Translations under genes and position numbers: made by a program
The notes under the pieces: model-generated
The model's database searches: none
What the model was told of the DNA's origin: nothing
Seen by the model: only the letters and a program-made list of their open reading frames with translations
In this document: in pieces, positions 39,097 through 52,101 of the stretch
Layout of the letters: each line of letters begins with the position of its first letter
How positions within the stretch are numbered: the first letter of the stretch is position 1
Source: Epiperipatus broadwayi
Taxonomy: Eukaryota > Animalia > Onychophora
Direction of reading: 5' to 3'
Length of the DNA: 64,000 nt
Assembly (NCBI GenBank): GCA_028023455.1
Contig: JAQFVV010000008.1
Location: 5,828,001 to 5,892,000, forward strand

Positions 39097-39988
39097 GAGT
39101 AGGCATTAGATAGGGATTTTATGCACAAGCCTTCTGGCATCCATTGATTACTCTGTTTAGCACAGGTGGCAATACTGTATGGAGAGTTTTGCTCTGTTTA
39201 TTAATTTCATCCATTATGTTTCCATCTGTAGTAATAATTTGACCAAGTTATTTGTAGTTGATGACTTATTCTGAGAATATCCATTGAACATTACTTTAGT
39301 CTTTTTTGCATTTACTTTTAACTCTATTTACTTATGAGATATTAATTCACACAATCCACAAATTACATAATCACTAGGTAATAATAGCTTATCTAATCAT
39401 TAAATTACTTGTTTACTGAATTGAATATTTATTAACCTATAGACTCATTGGCAAATTATAAATACATAAGTCTGTAATAATTTGGATTATTATAAATTCA
39501 TCTATGAAGAAAACTCAAAATTATAATATTATATATTGAATTTACTTTTAGAAACAGTTATTTAAGATAGATTATGAATTTAGATAAAATCACTGTTGAT
39601 CTTCTTGCATTAAATTATTATTCATTACACTTTGATCACCCATATGTTAGATAATTTCTAATAATGATTTATGTTAATATTATTTATTGTTATAATTAAA
39701 TGATAAATTATGATACTAATGAAATCATGTTGCCTGAGCTATACATGCTGATACAATTTAATAGGATAATTTATTTATCATGTTTTGGTATACAATTGTG
39801 AAACTTGATTAGTATAATTTTATTATAATAATTCAATTATAATCTGTGCTATATTCTGTTATATTTTAACTACCTAATGTAAAATATAAAGAAGACCATT
39901 TTAATGAGATATTTTGTCTGAAACACATGATCATTACATTTTTGGCTTGCCTAATTTGTAGGGTATACTGAAACTAAGTCTTTACCAT

Positions 39989-40023
<35 letters not shown>

Positions 40024-40999
40024 GGTATATATATAGTTTCAATATATATATATATATTGAACCAGAGACTTTATTCACTTCAAAGGTTCTTTTTCAAAAT
40101 TAATACTAATTTTTATTTTTATAAAGTTATTTAAAAGTTTTATAGAATATAGTGCACATACACAGGTATATTTTAAAATTCTGGGATTTTTAATTTTGTC
40201 TTCAATAGATTTTACTTGTTAGTTTAAAATAAGTTTCTTTTGACACTTTTTTTTAAAAAATCAAATTATAAAAACATTCCAATTTAAAAGTTTTAATCTT
40301 TGTTTTTTTTTTTTTGTACTTGAGAAAGCTTTTAAAAGTGAAGATTTAATTTTGAATTGTTTTGTTTTAATAAGATAATCTCTGGTCAGAATTATTAATT
40401 AATATTGAGTGTGAGATAGAGATTTGCTCTGGGCTAAAACTTAATAATTATAAGCAAGAAAGATTATGTGAGATAGGAGAGGATATAAATGACACCAAAA
40501 TTTCAGACATTTTATTATTGGCTTGACTGAGCTTATTCTGCTTGAAAGAGATTGATTCAGATTATTATTCTACTATTAGTGATTATGCATTAGTATTAGC
40601 CTATGGAGATTTTACTAGGTTGGCAGTCCAACCGTATTTTTCAAAAGTTTACTGTTCACATTTTCAGACCATTGTTAACAATATTATATTGAAACGGTTA
40701 CACCTGTTTCACCTATTATCTTCGATAATAGTTTACTTCGTTACACTCAGATTGCGTGTGTTTCTTAAATTTAAAACATTAAGTGTGCTAATATAACAGA
40801 GTATGTGCGTATATAATCGTCCCATTAATTATATTATAAAATTACATTCGCAAAATATTATATACGTGTATATTCCAGTACATATGTTAAAACGGATGGA
40901 CAACGGTAGTTAAAATTTATATATAACAATAAGTTTAAATCTATAATATTATATTTTCAATATTCCTTCTAAATAATTATTTATTTCAGTCAATATTCA

Positions 41000-42090
41000 T
41001 TGTAAATAAATTTCAAGTTAGATAATTTTCAGTTCTTTGTTTGTGTAAAATTATTGAAGCAGTAAGTTGTTTATCAGTTTTGGCATTTCCAAAAATAAAT
41101 CTTTAGCTAAAAACTTGACCTATTTTAAATTATATAACTTAGACCAATTATAAAGTTTAGTGGAGCATAAATCTATACTAATGCTAATACAACTCTCTTA
41201 TCATCTTTGACCAGAAGCAACCATGACGTCAATTGAAGTCCAAATTTAAATCCACCAAATAAGTTATTAACTGGATATTTCCTAAAGGCTAGTTCAAACC
41301 AAGAATCATACGGTGTGGCATGACTAAAAGTGGGAGGTTACTGCCGTCAGAAAAATAATATAAAAAGGGTCCTTTTCCATCATCACTCTCTCTTACTTTA
41401 AATTTTCCTGTTGCTGTGAAATTTGCGTTTTCGCTACTGAAGAATTCTGAAAAGCTGAATCTTAGAAAGCCACCATCCAGGCCGCTCCAACGATGACCGT
41501 CGGCTAGAGACTAAGGACAGCCGTTGCTCTTCCAAGAGCGGCTACCGATGAGAAAAACCTCCACCATGCCCAGACCAGTGAGAAAGAAGCCATGCCAGAT
41601 AGTTCCAGAACAGAATAATGGAAAAAGCTGCCACAGTATTAAATTTCAAACCTGCATCCAGACTAAAGACACAGAGAAGCCCAGCCTGATTCGATAGAAA
41701 GAAGTACTTAAAGAATGCCTTAAAGACTTTACCGGTAAATCATTTTACCCAATATTTAATTCAATAACTAAACTTATAAATTAAAAAAGCTAGCTAACTA
41801 AATAAAGCCAGTAAATAATTATCATCTAAATGTCCCACTAAAATGTTTGTTTTAAACTTATTTAAATTTTAGAGCACTCAAAATTCTTGCTTGATCATTA
41901 ATATTTTAAATTAATAGTTTTAATAAGCATAAATATCTAATTGCTATAGAATCATACAATAAATTCTTATGCCATCGATCTTTAGTTTAAGTTTATCTTC
42001 ATTAACTTATGCTGTGTTTTCACCAGAACGGAGTCTTTTATGCTAGTAAATTATCCGGGGAAGGGGAGCGGGTAGTCTCTTTTCTGCTAC
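41000..42090 (+). mobile_element. Possible solo LTR
   Basis: CpG-retaining block with TATAAAAAGG followed by a pyrimidine-rich ccttttccatcatcactctctc, ending gctACA at 42090; start not defined. Confidence 0.3.
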
Positions 42091-42187
42091 ATCAGATTAT
42101 TGTAATAGAGAGAATATAGCTAAGACTCCTTTCTGAAATGAAACTACAATGATGCCAGAGAATCCGTTAAATTATAATGCGATAACA

Positions 42188-42430
42188 TGTTTAAAAGTAT
42201 ATTTTTCTAAAGTTATTTAAAATGGAGATATTTGCTAAAGTGGTTTAAAATGTATATTTATTTGCTTATGTTATTTCAAACGCAGTTTTGCGTATGTTAT
42301 TTAAAACGCGTCTTTTGCGTAAGATATTTAAAGAATATATTTTGCCAGTTTATTTGAAAAGTATATTTTGCGTAGGCTATTATAAAATGTAGGCTTTACG
42401 TAAGCTATTCAAGATACAATTTGCATTATT
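42188..42430. repeat. Degenerate ~27-bp minisatellite (~9 units)
   Basis: Units such as ttatttaaaacgcgtcttttgcgtaag and ttatttcaaacgcagttttgcgtatg. Confidence 0.7.
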
Positions 42431-43452
42431 AGTAAAGCCTATTTTGACAAGTTGATTCAGATTATTGGTGTAATTTATAAGCTATTTAATATCCATATTT
42501 TAGAATCAGTTCGTTTGATTTGGGATAGCAGTTATACTATATGTAATATTCAAGTTCTGATTAATCTAGAGTTTGCTATAACTTCATATAATTAAAAGAA
42601 TAATATGCTATGCAGAAAACCGTAAATCAGATTCTCTGTATCGCCATTATCATGTGACTCAATAATGTCATCTATGAACTGACCGGCATTGTACTGAGAA
42701 AAGCTAGGATTTAGTGTCTTTAATTTATAAAATAATAATTTAGCGTGGCGAATGTATTGCTAGTTTGCATATCTTCTTGCTATCCCTAAAGGCCTACATC
42801 AGATTCGTATTTCGTCAAGTCACGCCTCGAAAGTTTAGGCAAAGGTGACCTTATTCCTATTTCGTCAAGTCACGCCTCAAAAGTTTAAGCGACCATGACA
42901 GTTATTTATATTTGGAGGAACCAGTCATTCCAAAAGGCTTATAAGCTATTCTTCTACTTTAATAAAAGGGCCTCTTCAATTATAGCAAGCAGATCGGTTT
43001 GGGGACCGTTTACTTGGTAATAAACCTCAATTAAGAGTACATTCGAGATGCACTTATCCAAATACTATAGTTTATAACGCACTAGAGTCTTGACGTTCGA
43101 CTGCCGCACCTCAGTTCAATTTCCCTAGAAAATAACTTCGGCTTTGATCCGACTCAGAATCTGAGTTGACGGGTTTATCTGTATGACATATAACATGCAA
43201 ATATCTTTCCAGTTAGGTTCAAACTTAGTAATAAAATATAATCTACACTTATATATATAACACGCAAATACTTTTATGGTTAGATTTGAACTGCATAATA
43301 ATAATATAGTCATTGTCAATTAATAATAAATGATTACTATTAATGGTTAATTATTCCTACTATATAAAACATAGCATAGGTTGGGATATGAATGGCATAA
43401 GTTTATTAAAAGGTTATAGAATATTTAAACCCTTTGTAACTCTGAATATCCA

Positions 43453-43639
43453 CTCACCTGCGTGTGAGCTAAAAATATATAAATTATTCGTAATATTATT
43501 TGTAACTCCAAACCACTCACCTGCGTGTGATCCATTGATAATTTGTTTTAGAACCTAGAGACCTCACCTGCATGTGAGCCCATATACATTGTTATAACCT
43601 ATCTTCATAACTCTGAATATTCCCTCACCTGTGTGTGAG
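43453..43639. repeat. Four spaced copies of CTCACCTGCGTGTGAG-like quasi-palindrome
   Basis: Copies start at 43453, 43516, 43563 and 43624. Confidence 0.85.
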
Positions 43640-43767
43640 CTAGCTATATTCAACTATTTGTTTTATTTATTAACTGTTATATTAAATTTATGAAATATAT
43701 ATTGGTCTCAGCCTCATTACTTGCTCATTACCTTATGAATCACTAGTTAAGTTATATAATCGGTAAT

Positions 43768-43999
43768 AAAGGGGGGGGATGTCTCATGTTTTACTGCTTT
43801 GCTACTGCCGGAACGTGACTAAAAAGATAGTGAGTGTAACCACAGGCATGTCATTCGTGATGTGTTGACTTGGAAGCACGTGTGAGAGAGTGGAGGTATG
43901 ATCAGATGTAGGATATCACCATCCCAACTTGGTCAGCCCTTGGGTTCTCTGGCTCGGACTCTCAGTCGGTTGAGCAAATGTACAAACCTGACCGTTACA
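43768..43999 (+). mobile_element. PPT plus short putative LTR (43780-43999)
   Basis: aaaggggggggaTGTCTCATG ... GACCGTTACA; no second LTR copy found. Confidence 0.45.
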
Positions 44000-45302
44000 A
44001 TATATTCTGCTGACTGTTGTTAAGTGGATTTCTTATTATTGCCTACATTTGTTTTTACAAATGACTAAATTTCCTGCCATGAGTATTCAAATATACAACA
44101 TGCCCTGTTAAACTTACCTAAAGATGAACTCCTTATCCCAAGCTGTTCCTTCCACTCATGCCATGGAAGCTTGAGAATTAGAAAGGATGCCAAAGTATGC
44201 CTCTACATTTGCCACTGATAAAGCCACCTGAATGTTGAACTCAAAATAACTGTGCACACTCATTGAAAAACCCGGTGGAATATGCTTTACTATAAGGTAA
44301 AATATTTCTTATTCCTTCCAGGGTATAAATCTCTAGTTAAATTCTCCGCTTAATCTAAAAGTAAATCTGTTATATACAATTTTAATAAGTATTTAATCTC
44401 ATAATTATTATATGTATTCACTTATCATTGTATTTATAGTTTATCTTGGAATCTTAGTTTTAAGATTCCAGGTTTGTTTTAAATTTATTTATCTGAGAGT
44501 GTATTGTGAGTTTATATTTTATATGCTAAATATGTCTACTTTATTTTAATAACCCTTGCTAAATGCTTTGGCAGACCATCATAATTTCATTTTGCTCTCG
44601 TCTATTGACCTGAAATTGATTTTAGATAAGTTTAGTTTGTGTTTCCTGCAGACAGCAAATCTTTTGGCTGGTGGTTTATCGTGCTTAGTGATCTAGTTGT
44701 CTGAAGTTTGAGATTTTGTTTCTTTTCTAGATTACATAAGATCATAATCATTACTCCTGTTTTCTTGTCTTGTATGTAAAATTAACCATGAATGGCCTTA
44801 AAAGTGGTACATCATGAGCTATCCTGCAGACAAATGATATCTCTAATTTCAATGTACTAGAGAATGCTCATCTTGCACTGTCTCGTTAATTTCCTACAAG
44901 TCTCTATTTCTATCCTTTTTGATATCTCTTCATTTGGAAATGAGAATTGGCTTCTTTTTTATAAATAACCAGCAGAAAGATATTATACATCCATCTCTTT
45001 TAAATTGTAGGTGAGTTAATGAACTTATCTGCCAAGGTGTTTAATGTTTTCAAAACTCTCTTATCCTCTCTGATATATTCCAGTAAAATCTAGATCAAAC
45101 TTTTATATTTTGTTTGCCTGGATTTATTTTGTTTAAATTTAATAAACTTTTAAATTATTTAAAATTAGTTTAGCTGATGTCTGTCTCTGTTGTATTTTCT
45201 CAATTGTCTGAACAATAGTTAAGATCTCTTGCTATCTCCCTGGGTTTAGTCAGTGCCAATCATCATTATCATTAACTTTTGATCATCATATATAAATTTT
45301 TC

Positions 45303-45646
45303 ATGTGATGTGATGTGATGCACTGTGACTTCTCCTTAAATGGAGTCAAGAATCTGTCAGCAACTATGCCCAGAGAAACCTGTTAAACCACTATGCCCAG
45401 AAAAACCTGTTAGCCACTTTACCTTCCCTTTCCATTCCTCACCCTAAGTTTTCCCATAATCTGCTCTATCCCATTTCCATAACATAATCTTTGTCAACTC
45501 CATGGCCTTCATATCTAAATCCCCCTTATCTTAGCATAAAAACCAATAATCCACTTTCTGTATAATCAATTTGTTCATATTTATTTTTCCATAACATCAT
45601 TAGTTGTACCCTTTCTGCTTTCAAGCATTTACATTTACTAAGTACC
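45303..45646 (-). mobile_element. Short 5'-truncated copy of the CR1/L2-group LINE 3' end
   Basis: Diverged direct repeat of 45647-~45960; (CACAT)n tail at 45303-45320. Confidence 0.8.
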
Positions 45647-48600
45647 ATGTGATGTGCTGTGACTTCTCGTTAAACAAAGTAAGGAAACTCTCAACAACTA
45701 TGACCAAAGAAACCTGTTAGCCACTTTACCTTCCCCTCCCATTCCCCACTCTAAGCTTTCCCATAATCTGCTCCATCCCATTTCCACAACATAATCTTTG
45801 ACAACTCTATGACCTTTATATCTAAATCCCTCTTATATTTTTCCAAACCCAGCATAAAAACCAATAACCTACTCTCTGTATAATCACTTTGTTCATATTT
45901 ATTCTTCCATAACTTCATTATTTGTACCCTATCTTCCTGCAAATATTTACATTCAATCAACAGATGCCTAATATTTTCTATGCCTTTCTTACACAATTTG
46001 CAGACTAAATTACCCATATTTTTCCATTTACATGTATATTTTTTGTTGCTAAAGATCCCATTCGAGTCTTAAACAATAAACTACTTTCCTTACTATTATC
46101 ATAAATTAACTTGCACCCAATGTTCCGTTTACTTCTATATATATTTAAAATTTTTACTCTCCATACTAGTTCTCCATCTTTCCAACTCCCTATTCTTTAT
46201 TAATGCATCTATTCTTTTATCCCCTTCCTTACCACTATAACATTCAACAATCCTTCTAACACAATCATCCCACCTTTTATACAAATATACTGATATAAAT
46301 TCTTTATCCAAATCTTTTCCATACCGCATTACCTTTCTCACTCATCTTGTTGCCTGCCCTTTACTCATAACCCAATTAAATACTACTTGGGCTATTCTTT
46401 TATTATTCATAAATTACAATCTACCAAACATTTTCATTTTACTTTTTGCACCTCTCATATAAAAACTTGACCATCTCATTTCTCCTTAAATTGCCTCCTT
46501 TGCTGTCCAGACCTCTGCATCTAATGCATATCTTCCTACTTGCCTTTGTACTTTCTCTAAGTAATCTAATACCCAACCCTGCTACTGAAACTCCCTTCCA
46601 TACAATTCTAGCTACATCATATTTATTATATGAAAACACTGTTAATTTCTTTACCAAATCCTTTCTTTTCTTTGCTTCATTTACCAATTTTTTCTCCCAT
46701 TCATCCAAGCAATTTTCCTGATTACTTAAGATGATTCCCAAATAACTATATCTATCCACCACACTTAACTTTATATCCCCTAATAAAAATTCTACATTTT
46801 CTCTTTCCCCAGTATTAACCATCATTATATTTGATTTTTCTTCACTAAATTTAATCCCCATCTCTTTATCCACCCTTGCATATGTCCTCAGCATAGCTTC
46901 CATATATTCTCTTCTTTCTGCACACAAAAAGATATCATCTGCAAAAAAGACCCAACAAAGTATGTACTCCCTTGCTACCTATTAATCGTATCTCTATCCC
47001 TCTTACTAGTCTCTCTATTGCTTTCTCCATTTCACTGAAATACAACAAAAACAATATAGGTGACATAGGGCATCCTTGCCTTAGTCTCACCCCATTTTTA
47101 ACTTTATCTGATTCTATATCATCTAATTGATAAGTATAGTAATTATTTTCATATAATTTCTTAATAATATTTACTAAAGAAAGCTTCATCTATTCCCACA
47201 TTCGCTAAACTTACCCATAATCTATTTTTATTTACTTTATCTAATGCCTTCTCTATATTTATAAAACTCATATATAATGATCTACCTGAATTCCTACTCA
47301 TATCCGTAAGTTGTGTAACTACAAGTAAACTATCTCCTATATGCCTATCTGACCTAAAACTTCCTTGCATTTCCTCCTCTACATTATTCTCTTCCATCCA
47401 TTTTACAACTTTTCCAGCCACCATATATGAGAAAACTTTATATATAACACTGATATAACACTGATGTTACCATTATCGGTCTATAATTGCTTAACTTTCT
47501 ATGATATTTATTCTTTCATTTAAATAATAGCCTTATTCATGTATTATTTCAACTATCTGGAAATCCCTCTTCTGTGTCATCTTATTAAAACATGATAATA
47601 AGTTTAATTTTGTCCTATTTCCTAAATTCATCACCATATCTGCTGCCCATCCATCTATACCTCTTGCTTTTCCACCTTTAAATTTCTTCCCCACCTCATT
47701 CAGTTCATTTTCTGCAAACTAATATTTCCATTATTATATGCTTTCATGTTTGTTATCATTCTGCCCTTCATCTCTAACATCTTTTCTATATCCACTACAT
47801 ACTTATTTAAGATTGTTTCTAATTTTTTTCTAGAGCTACACTCTATTCTCCCATCATATAGTAATACCATTTCTTCTTTTAATGCATTTCCAATTTTTTT
47901 ACCCCCATCTCTTCAACCTTTATTAATATCCTCCAACAATTTACTATTTAAATCATTCTCTCTCTATAATTATCTATTTTAGCCAATTTTTTAAAAATAC
48001 TTTTCCCATTTAACATCTTATTACTTTCTTTCTTCTTAATAGCACACTTATATTTTCTGAATGTTTTGCCCTCTCTTTTACACTTTTACTAATTTTCACT
48101 TTTCTATTATTTTTATTCTTGTGAATATCCTCATCTAAAACCCTATTTGCCACTTTTTCTACTTCAGCGCACCAGCCAACTCTTCCATGATTTGTTCAAC
48201 CTTTATTTTATATTTTTCTTATTCTTATCATTCATTCTCCATTTACATCTTTCATTATTCTTTCTACTTTTATTACTGTTTTCCATCACATTACTAACCA
48301 TTTCTATTATAAAGACATTATGATTACTATTACATTGTTTCATTATCAAACATTTTAATTTTCTTTACTTTATTTATTACCTCTTTCTCTACTACTACAT
48401 AATCTATTGTGTGAAATATATTATTTCTAGACCATGGGTATTGGCCCTAATAAATATTTGATAAATTTCCAATGCTCAAATTGACTCTCTGCTGAAAATT
48501 TTTCAAAAGCTGTCCATTCTTGTTCTCTACATCAGCAATTTCTTAAATATGCCCATTCATATCTTCTGTAACCATTATTTTCTTCCCCTTTTTTGAAACT

Positions 48601-50390
48601 CTGTATGTCCTTATCAAGGCATTCATATATGCTACTGTTTCACTCCATTATAGTTTGACTACCTCTGGTAGTTATATATATTATAGCTACCATCTATTTT
48701 TGTCTTGTTAACCTTATCTCAAGCCACAAATATTCTTCACATTTAACAGTTTTTAAATATTTTTTGACATAATTCCTATATCACTCCCCCCCCCCTTTTT
48801 TTTTTCTTTTTTTTTCTATTTATACCCTGCCATACCACATTTTCCAGTGTAGGTTCTTCTTCTCTTAGATGTGTTTCCACTACTGCTAGTACCTCAAGCT
48901 CTTCATTTTTAACTGCTTTGTTTAATTTCAGCCATTTTTCTGGTCTTGTACTACCTTGCATATTCAGATATCTAATTTTAACAATTTCTTCTTTCTTAAT
49001 TACTCTTTTATAAATTCTTTTGACTCTTTCTTCTACATTACATATGTAAACAACTTGCTTACTATTAATTTTACAGACTTATTCACTCTCCACATCTACA
49101 TTTATATCCAAATTAGCTATCCTTTGTTTATTTCTTACATCCATTCAATCTTCTTTTTTTTTTTTTTTGATAAAACTGCAATTTAAAACCCTATCCCTTT
49201 TTAAAGTTTAGTGAACTATAATATTCTTTATAAATTAAACTCCCTAAAACTTCACTTCCTTGTTTTGCTAAGTGCAATCCATCTTTACTATATAACTCCC
49301 GTTTACTAATAAAAAAAATTCCACACATCCACAAACATAATATTATTTTTCTCACACAATTTTTTCAATCTCTCATTTATAGAATATGCCCTATCTAACA
49401 TGTACCTATTGTTGGATCTTGGTAATAATCTGACTATTCCTACTCTTCTTTTAATGTTATTTGAATTACTAATCAATTCTATGTACTTCTCTCACTGGTG
49501 GCTCTGACAAATTATTTGTCCCAACTATGACATACACATCTCTACTTACTTGTTTCTTTACCTCACTAATTCTAGATCCAGACAATTACATCTCCACATT
49601 CTTTAATTAATGAATCTCCTATCAATACTGTCTCATAGTTTACTTTCCCTACTTCATCCATAACATTCTCTTCCACCTTCTAGACTCCCTTATCTACTTC
49701 TTCCTTATCATTTCTATTCAATAATTTGTTTATCTGTTTACACTTCATCTCTAATGATCTTAATTTTACTTCTACAGCCTTTACCTCTTCATCTATCATA
49801 CTTATTCTTTGGCTGACCATCACCATTGCACTATTTATTTTGTCATCCATATCTTTTATCTACACTAAAAGCATACTCTATTCTCTCTTCCTCAACTACA
49901 TTTTGCTCCATTTCTCCTGAATTTCTTTTTTAACTATCTACTCTTAGAACCATTTTTACCTCCTTTGTCACATTTACACATGGCTTATATAACTATCCAT
50001 TTGTTATATCCTTTTTAGACTTATTTAAGCATTTCAAATAATAAACCTTATATACAGCACACTCTACCACAACATAACTATTTTTTTTCTGACCATTATA
50101 CATATATTATGGGATTCAAATATAATCCAAATTCCTTATTTTTAAGTTCCCTACTCTATATTTAACTTTATGCTTTCTCTACTACTCTTCAAGCCCCTTT
50201 ATACAAAGGGGGGGAGGACTTTTTTTTCTTTTGATGGTGATCGTTAAACATGTGTTTTCTAACTTTATGCCCCAAAACATTATCTTCTTTCTCAAATAAA
50301 TCTCTTTTTTAAAATAAAAATTCTTTAATTAGAGAACCTACTAAAAATCAACTAATCTTATGTACAATTTAGTTTTAGAGCCTCCTTGCA
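45647..50390 (-). mobile_element. Near full-length, frameshifted CR1/L2-group LINE (ORF1 PHD-like + SGNH esterase; ORF2 APE + RT + C-terminal CxxC..H..C)
   Basis: ORF1: VLIGDSLIK (~49610-49635), VIVGTNNL (~49515-49535), DGLHLAKQG (~49260-49283). APE: MQGS..VLAVVETHL..GGGV (48776..48961). RT: FRSDRHIGD..SFINIEKALDKV, LRQGCPMSPILF, YSYLG. C-terminus: CKLCKKGIENIRHLLIEC. 5' end approximate. Confidence 0.85.
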
Positions 50391-50624
50391 ATAATACACA
50401 CACACACACACTTCAATATTTAAGACGGCATAATGAAACCTTTTCCAAATGTTATCAGTATTTATTCCTGATCTTTCCAAATCCAATTAAACTTTTTTTT
50501 TCACTTCCACACAGTAAGCAAACAAATTTAGTAGCAACATTTTTTTCAGATGATATTAAAAAAATACATATAAACTTTAACTTATCTTGCAGAACAAATC
50601 AATCACATCAGCACACCAAGGCAA

Positions 50625-50727
50625 AGTGCCCAAATTCTCCTTACAGCAGTGCCATCAAGTGCAAGCCTTTGTAATCAATGGATTCAGAAAGGTTTGTACA
50701 TAAAATTCCTATCTAATGCCTACTCAT
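50625..50727 (-). mobile_element. Diverged fragment of HHR family 1 (no core)
   Basis: gtaatcaatggattcagaaaggtttgtacataaaattcctatctaatgcctactcat matches the family 1 monomer. Confidence 0.7.
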
Positions 50728-51295
50728 TATGTGAACAAGAAACCATCTTTTAACAATTGGGTAAATAAAAAGAAAATGTGAAGTTTTTGAAAACATGCTA
50801 GAGATTTATGATAAGATAAATAAGTTGTGGTATAAATAGACAGACAAGGTATGTAAAGCTGAAAAGACTAATTTAATTATTTTCAGACATTCTTCATAGG
50901 TATATAATCATCTGTACTATTATAGGGAAGTTCCATGATAGCGAGAATAATTACTAAAAAAAATTTGTTTTAACTCAAAAGAGAAATTTGTGATAGTTGC
51001 CTCAAAGTGAAAGAAATAATTTATTCAATAGCTATGACTAAAATTCTCCCCAACTATAAGCAAATCTTTACTTGTATTGTGAGTCTTCTTATATGAAATC
51101 TGATTATTGGAGGGAAATGGATATTTTAATTAAAGCTTCTGCAAATACCTATTGTCTGTTTTGTATCAGAATGAATGAATTCTGACTCATAAGCCTATAA
51201 AATTGGAGGAAACTATGCAGCTGAGAACTAATTGAAAATGTAACATTGGATTTATCAAATTTCAAAGCACCCCACCCAATATAAATTCATCTTGT

Positions 51296-51769
51296 AAACA
51301 AAGGCAAAACTCTCCATACAGTAGTGCCAGCCTGTGCTAACCAGAGTAATCAATGGATGCCAGAAGGCTTGTGCATAAAATCCCTATCTAGTGCCTACTC
51401 ATCCAATATCCACAGACTAGTTTTTGGCTTGTGGCCATCATCAGTGAGGAGCCTTGGATCTGAGAGCACCGCACCTAGATCTTAGGATCTAATGCAACCC
51501 TCCAGCAGCCACTTTTAACTCTACTACAAAACTATGAGAATGAAATTGAAAACACAAAAAATATTTTCAATCTAAGCTCAATAGCTTATATAGTCATATG
51601 GGTCTGAACTCAATTCAGCACCCATATATTTTGGTGTCTTTGGCTCTTAAACAACCATAGCCACCACTATCCTATTAGGGCAGGATTGGTGTTAAACCAC
51701 TAAACATCACATGATCAACAATTATGTGCTAGTATGAGATGGTGATCATGTGATGTTTAGTGGTTAAAC
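51296..51769 (-). mobile_element. HHR family 1 monomer with short inverted end, 9-bp TSD
   Basis: Colinear with 37590-38020; inverted tgatcatgtgatgtttagtggtt at the right end; TSD tcatcttgt at 51287-51295 and 51770-51778. Confidence 0.85.
51401..51459 (-). ncRNA. Type I hammerhead, family 1 (G12A; 4-bp stem II TGGC/GCCA)
   Basis: CTGATGA-TGGC-cacaa-GCCA-AAAAC-TA-GTC-TGTGGA-ta-TTGGAT. Confidence 0.75.
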
Positions 51770-51973
51770 TCATCTTGTGAATATAAATAATGTAATAAAC
51801 AATATAGTACTGAGAAAAGTTTAAATATTCTCTACAAACTAATTAAAATAAAATCAGTAATAGTTATTTGCTATAAAAACGAAGATCTAAAATAAATTTT
51901 GAATATTGTAATATATATATTATAATTTTAAGGCAGTACATAAACTTGCTTATACTGAATGTTACATATATGT

Positions 51974-52101
51974 AAGTAGAGGGGTTTGAACTCACGATTT
52001 TTAGCCTATTCATTCTCCACTCCATCTCAAGCAATTGATACACATGGGATATAGTGGATGATGAATAGACTGAAAAATCTTGAGTTCAAATTCCTCTACT
52101 T
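51974..52101. repeat. Short head-to-head palindrome of the family 2 3' end (B-box region)
   Basis: aagtagaggggtttgaactcacgatttttagcctattcat / atgaatagactgaaaaatcttgagttcaaattcctctactt. Confidence 0.75.

Larger units (their letters stand above)
37553..39199. mobile_element. HHR family 1 retrozyme-like concatemer: ~458-bp monomers in tandem, inverted at ~38281, 13-bp TSD
   Basis: catgatcaca recurs at 37553 and 38011 (458-bp period); the reverse-complement array starts at 38282; TSD attaatttcatcc at 37540-37552 and 39200-39212; four HHR cores. Confidence 0.9.
37040..39291 (-). mobile_element. Second RTE-like LINE fragment, split by the retrozyme insertion (37040-37552 and 39200-39291)
   Basis: Colinear with 9400-10049; the uninterrupted copy reads attaatttcatccattatgtttccatctgta across the junction. 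Confidence 0.85.

Noticed and set aside
43453-43639. CRISPR-like repeat-spacer array
   Set aside because: Eukaryotic TE context, 16-bp degenerate repeats, uneven and partly related spacers, no cas genes.
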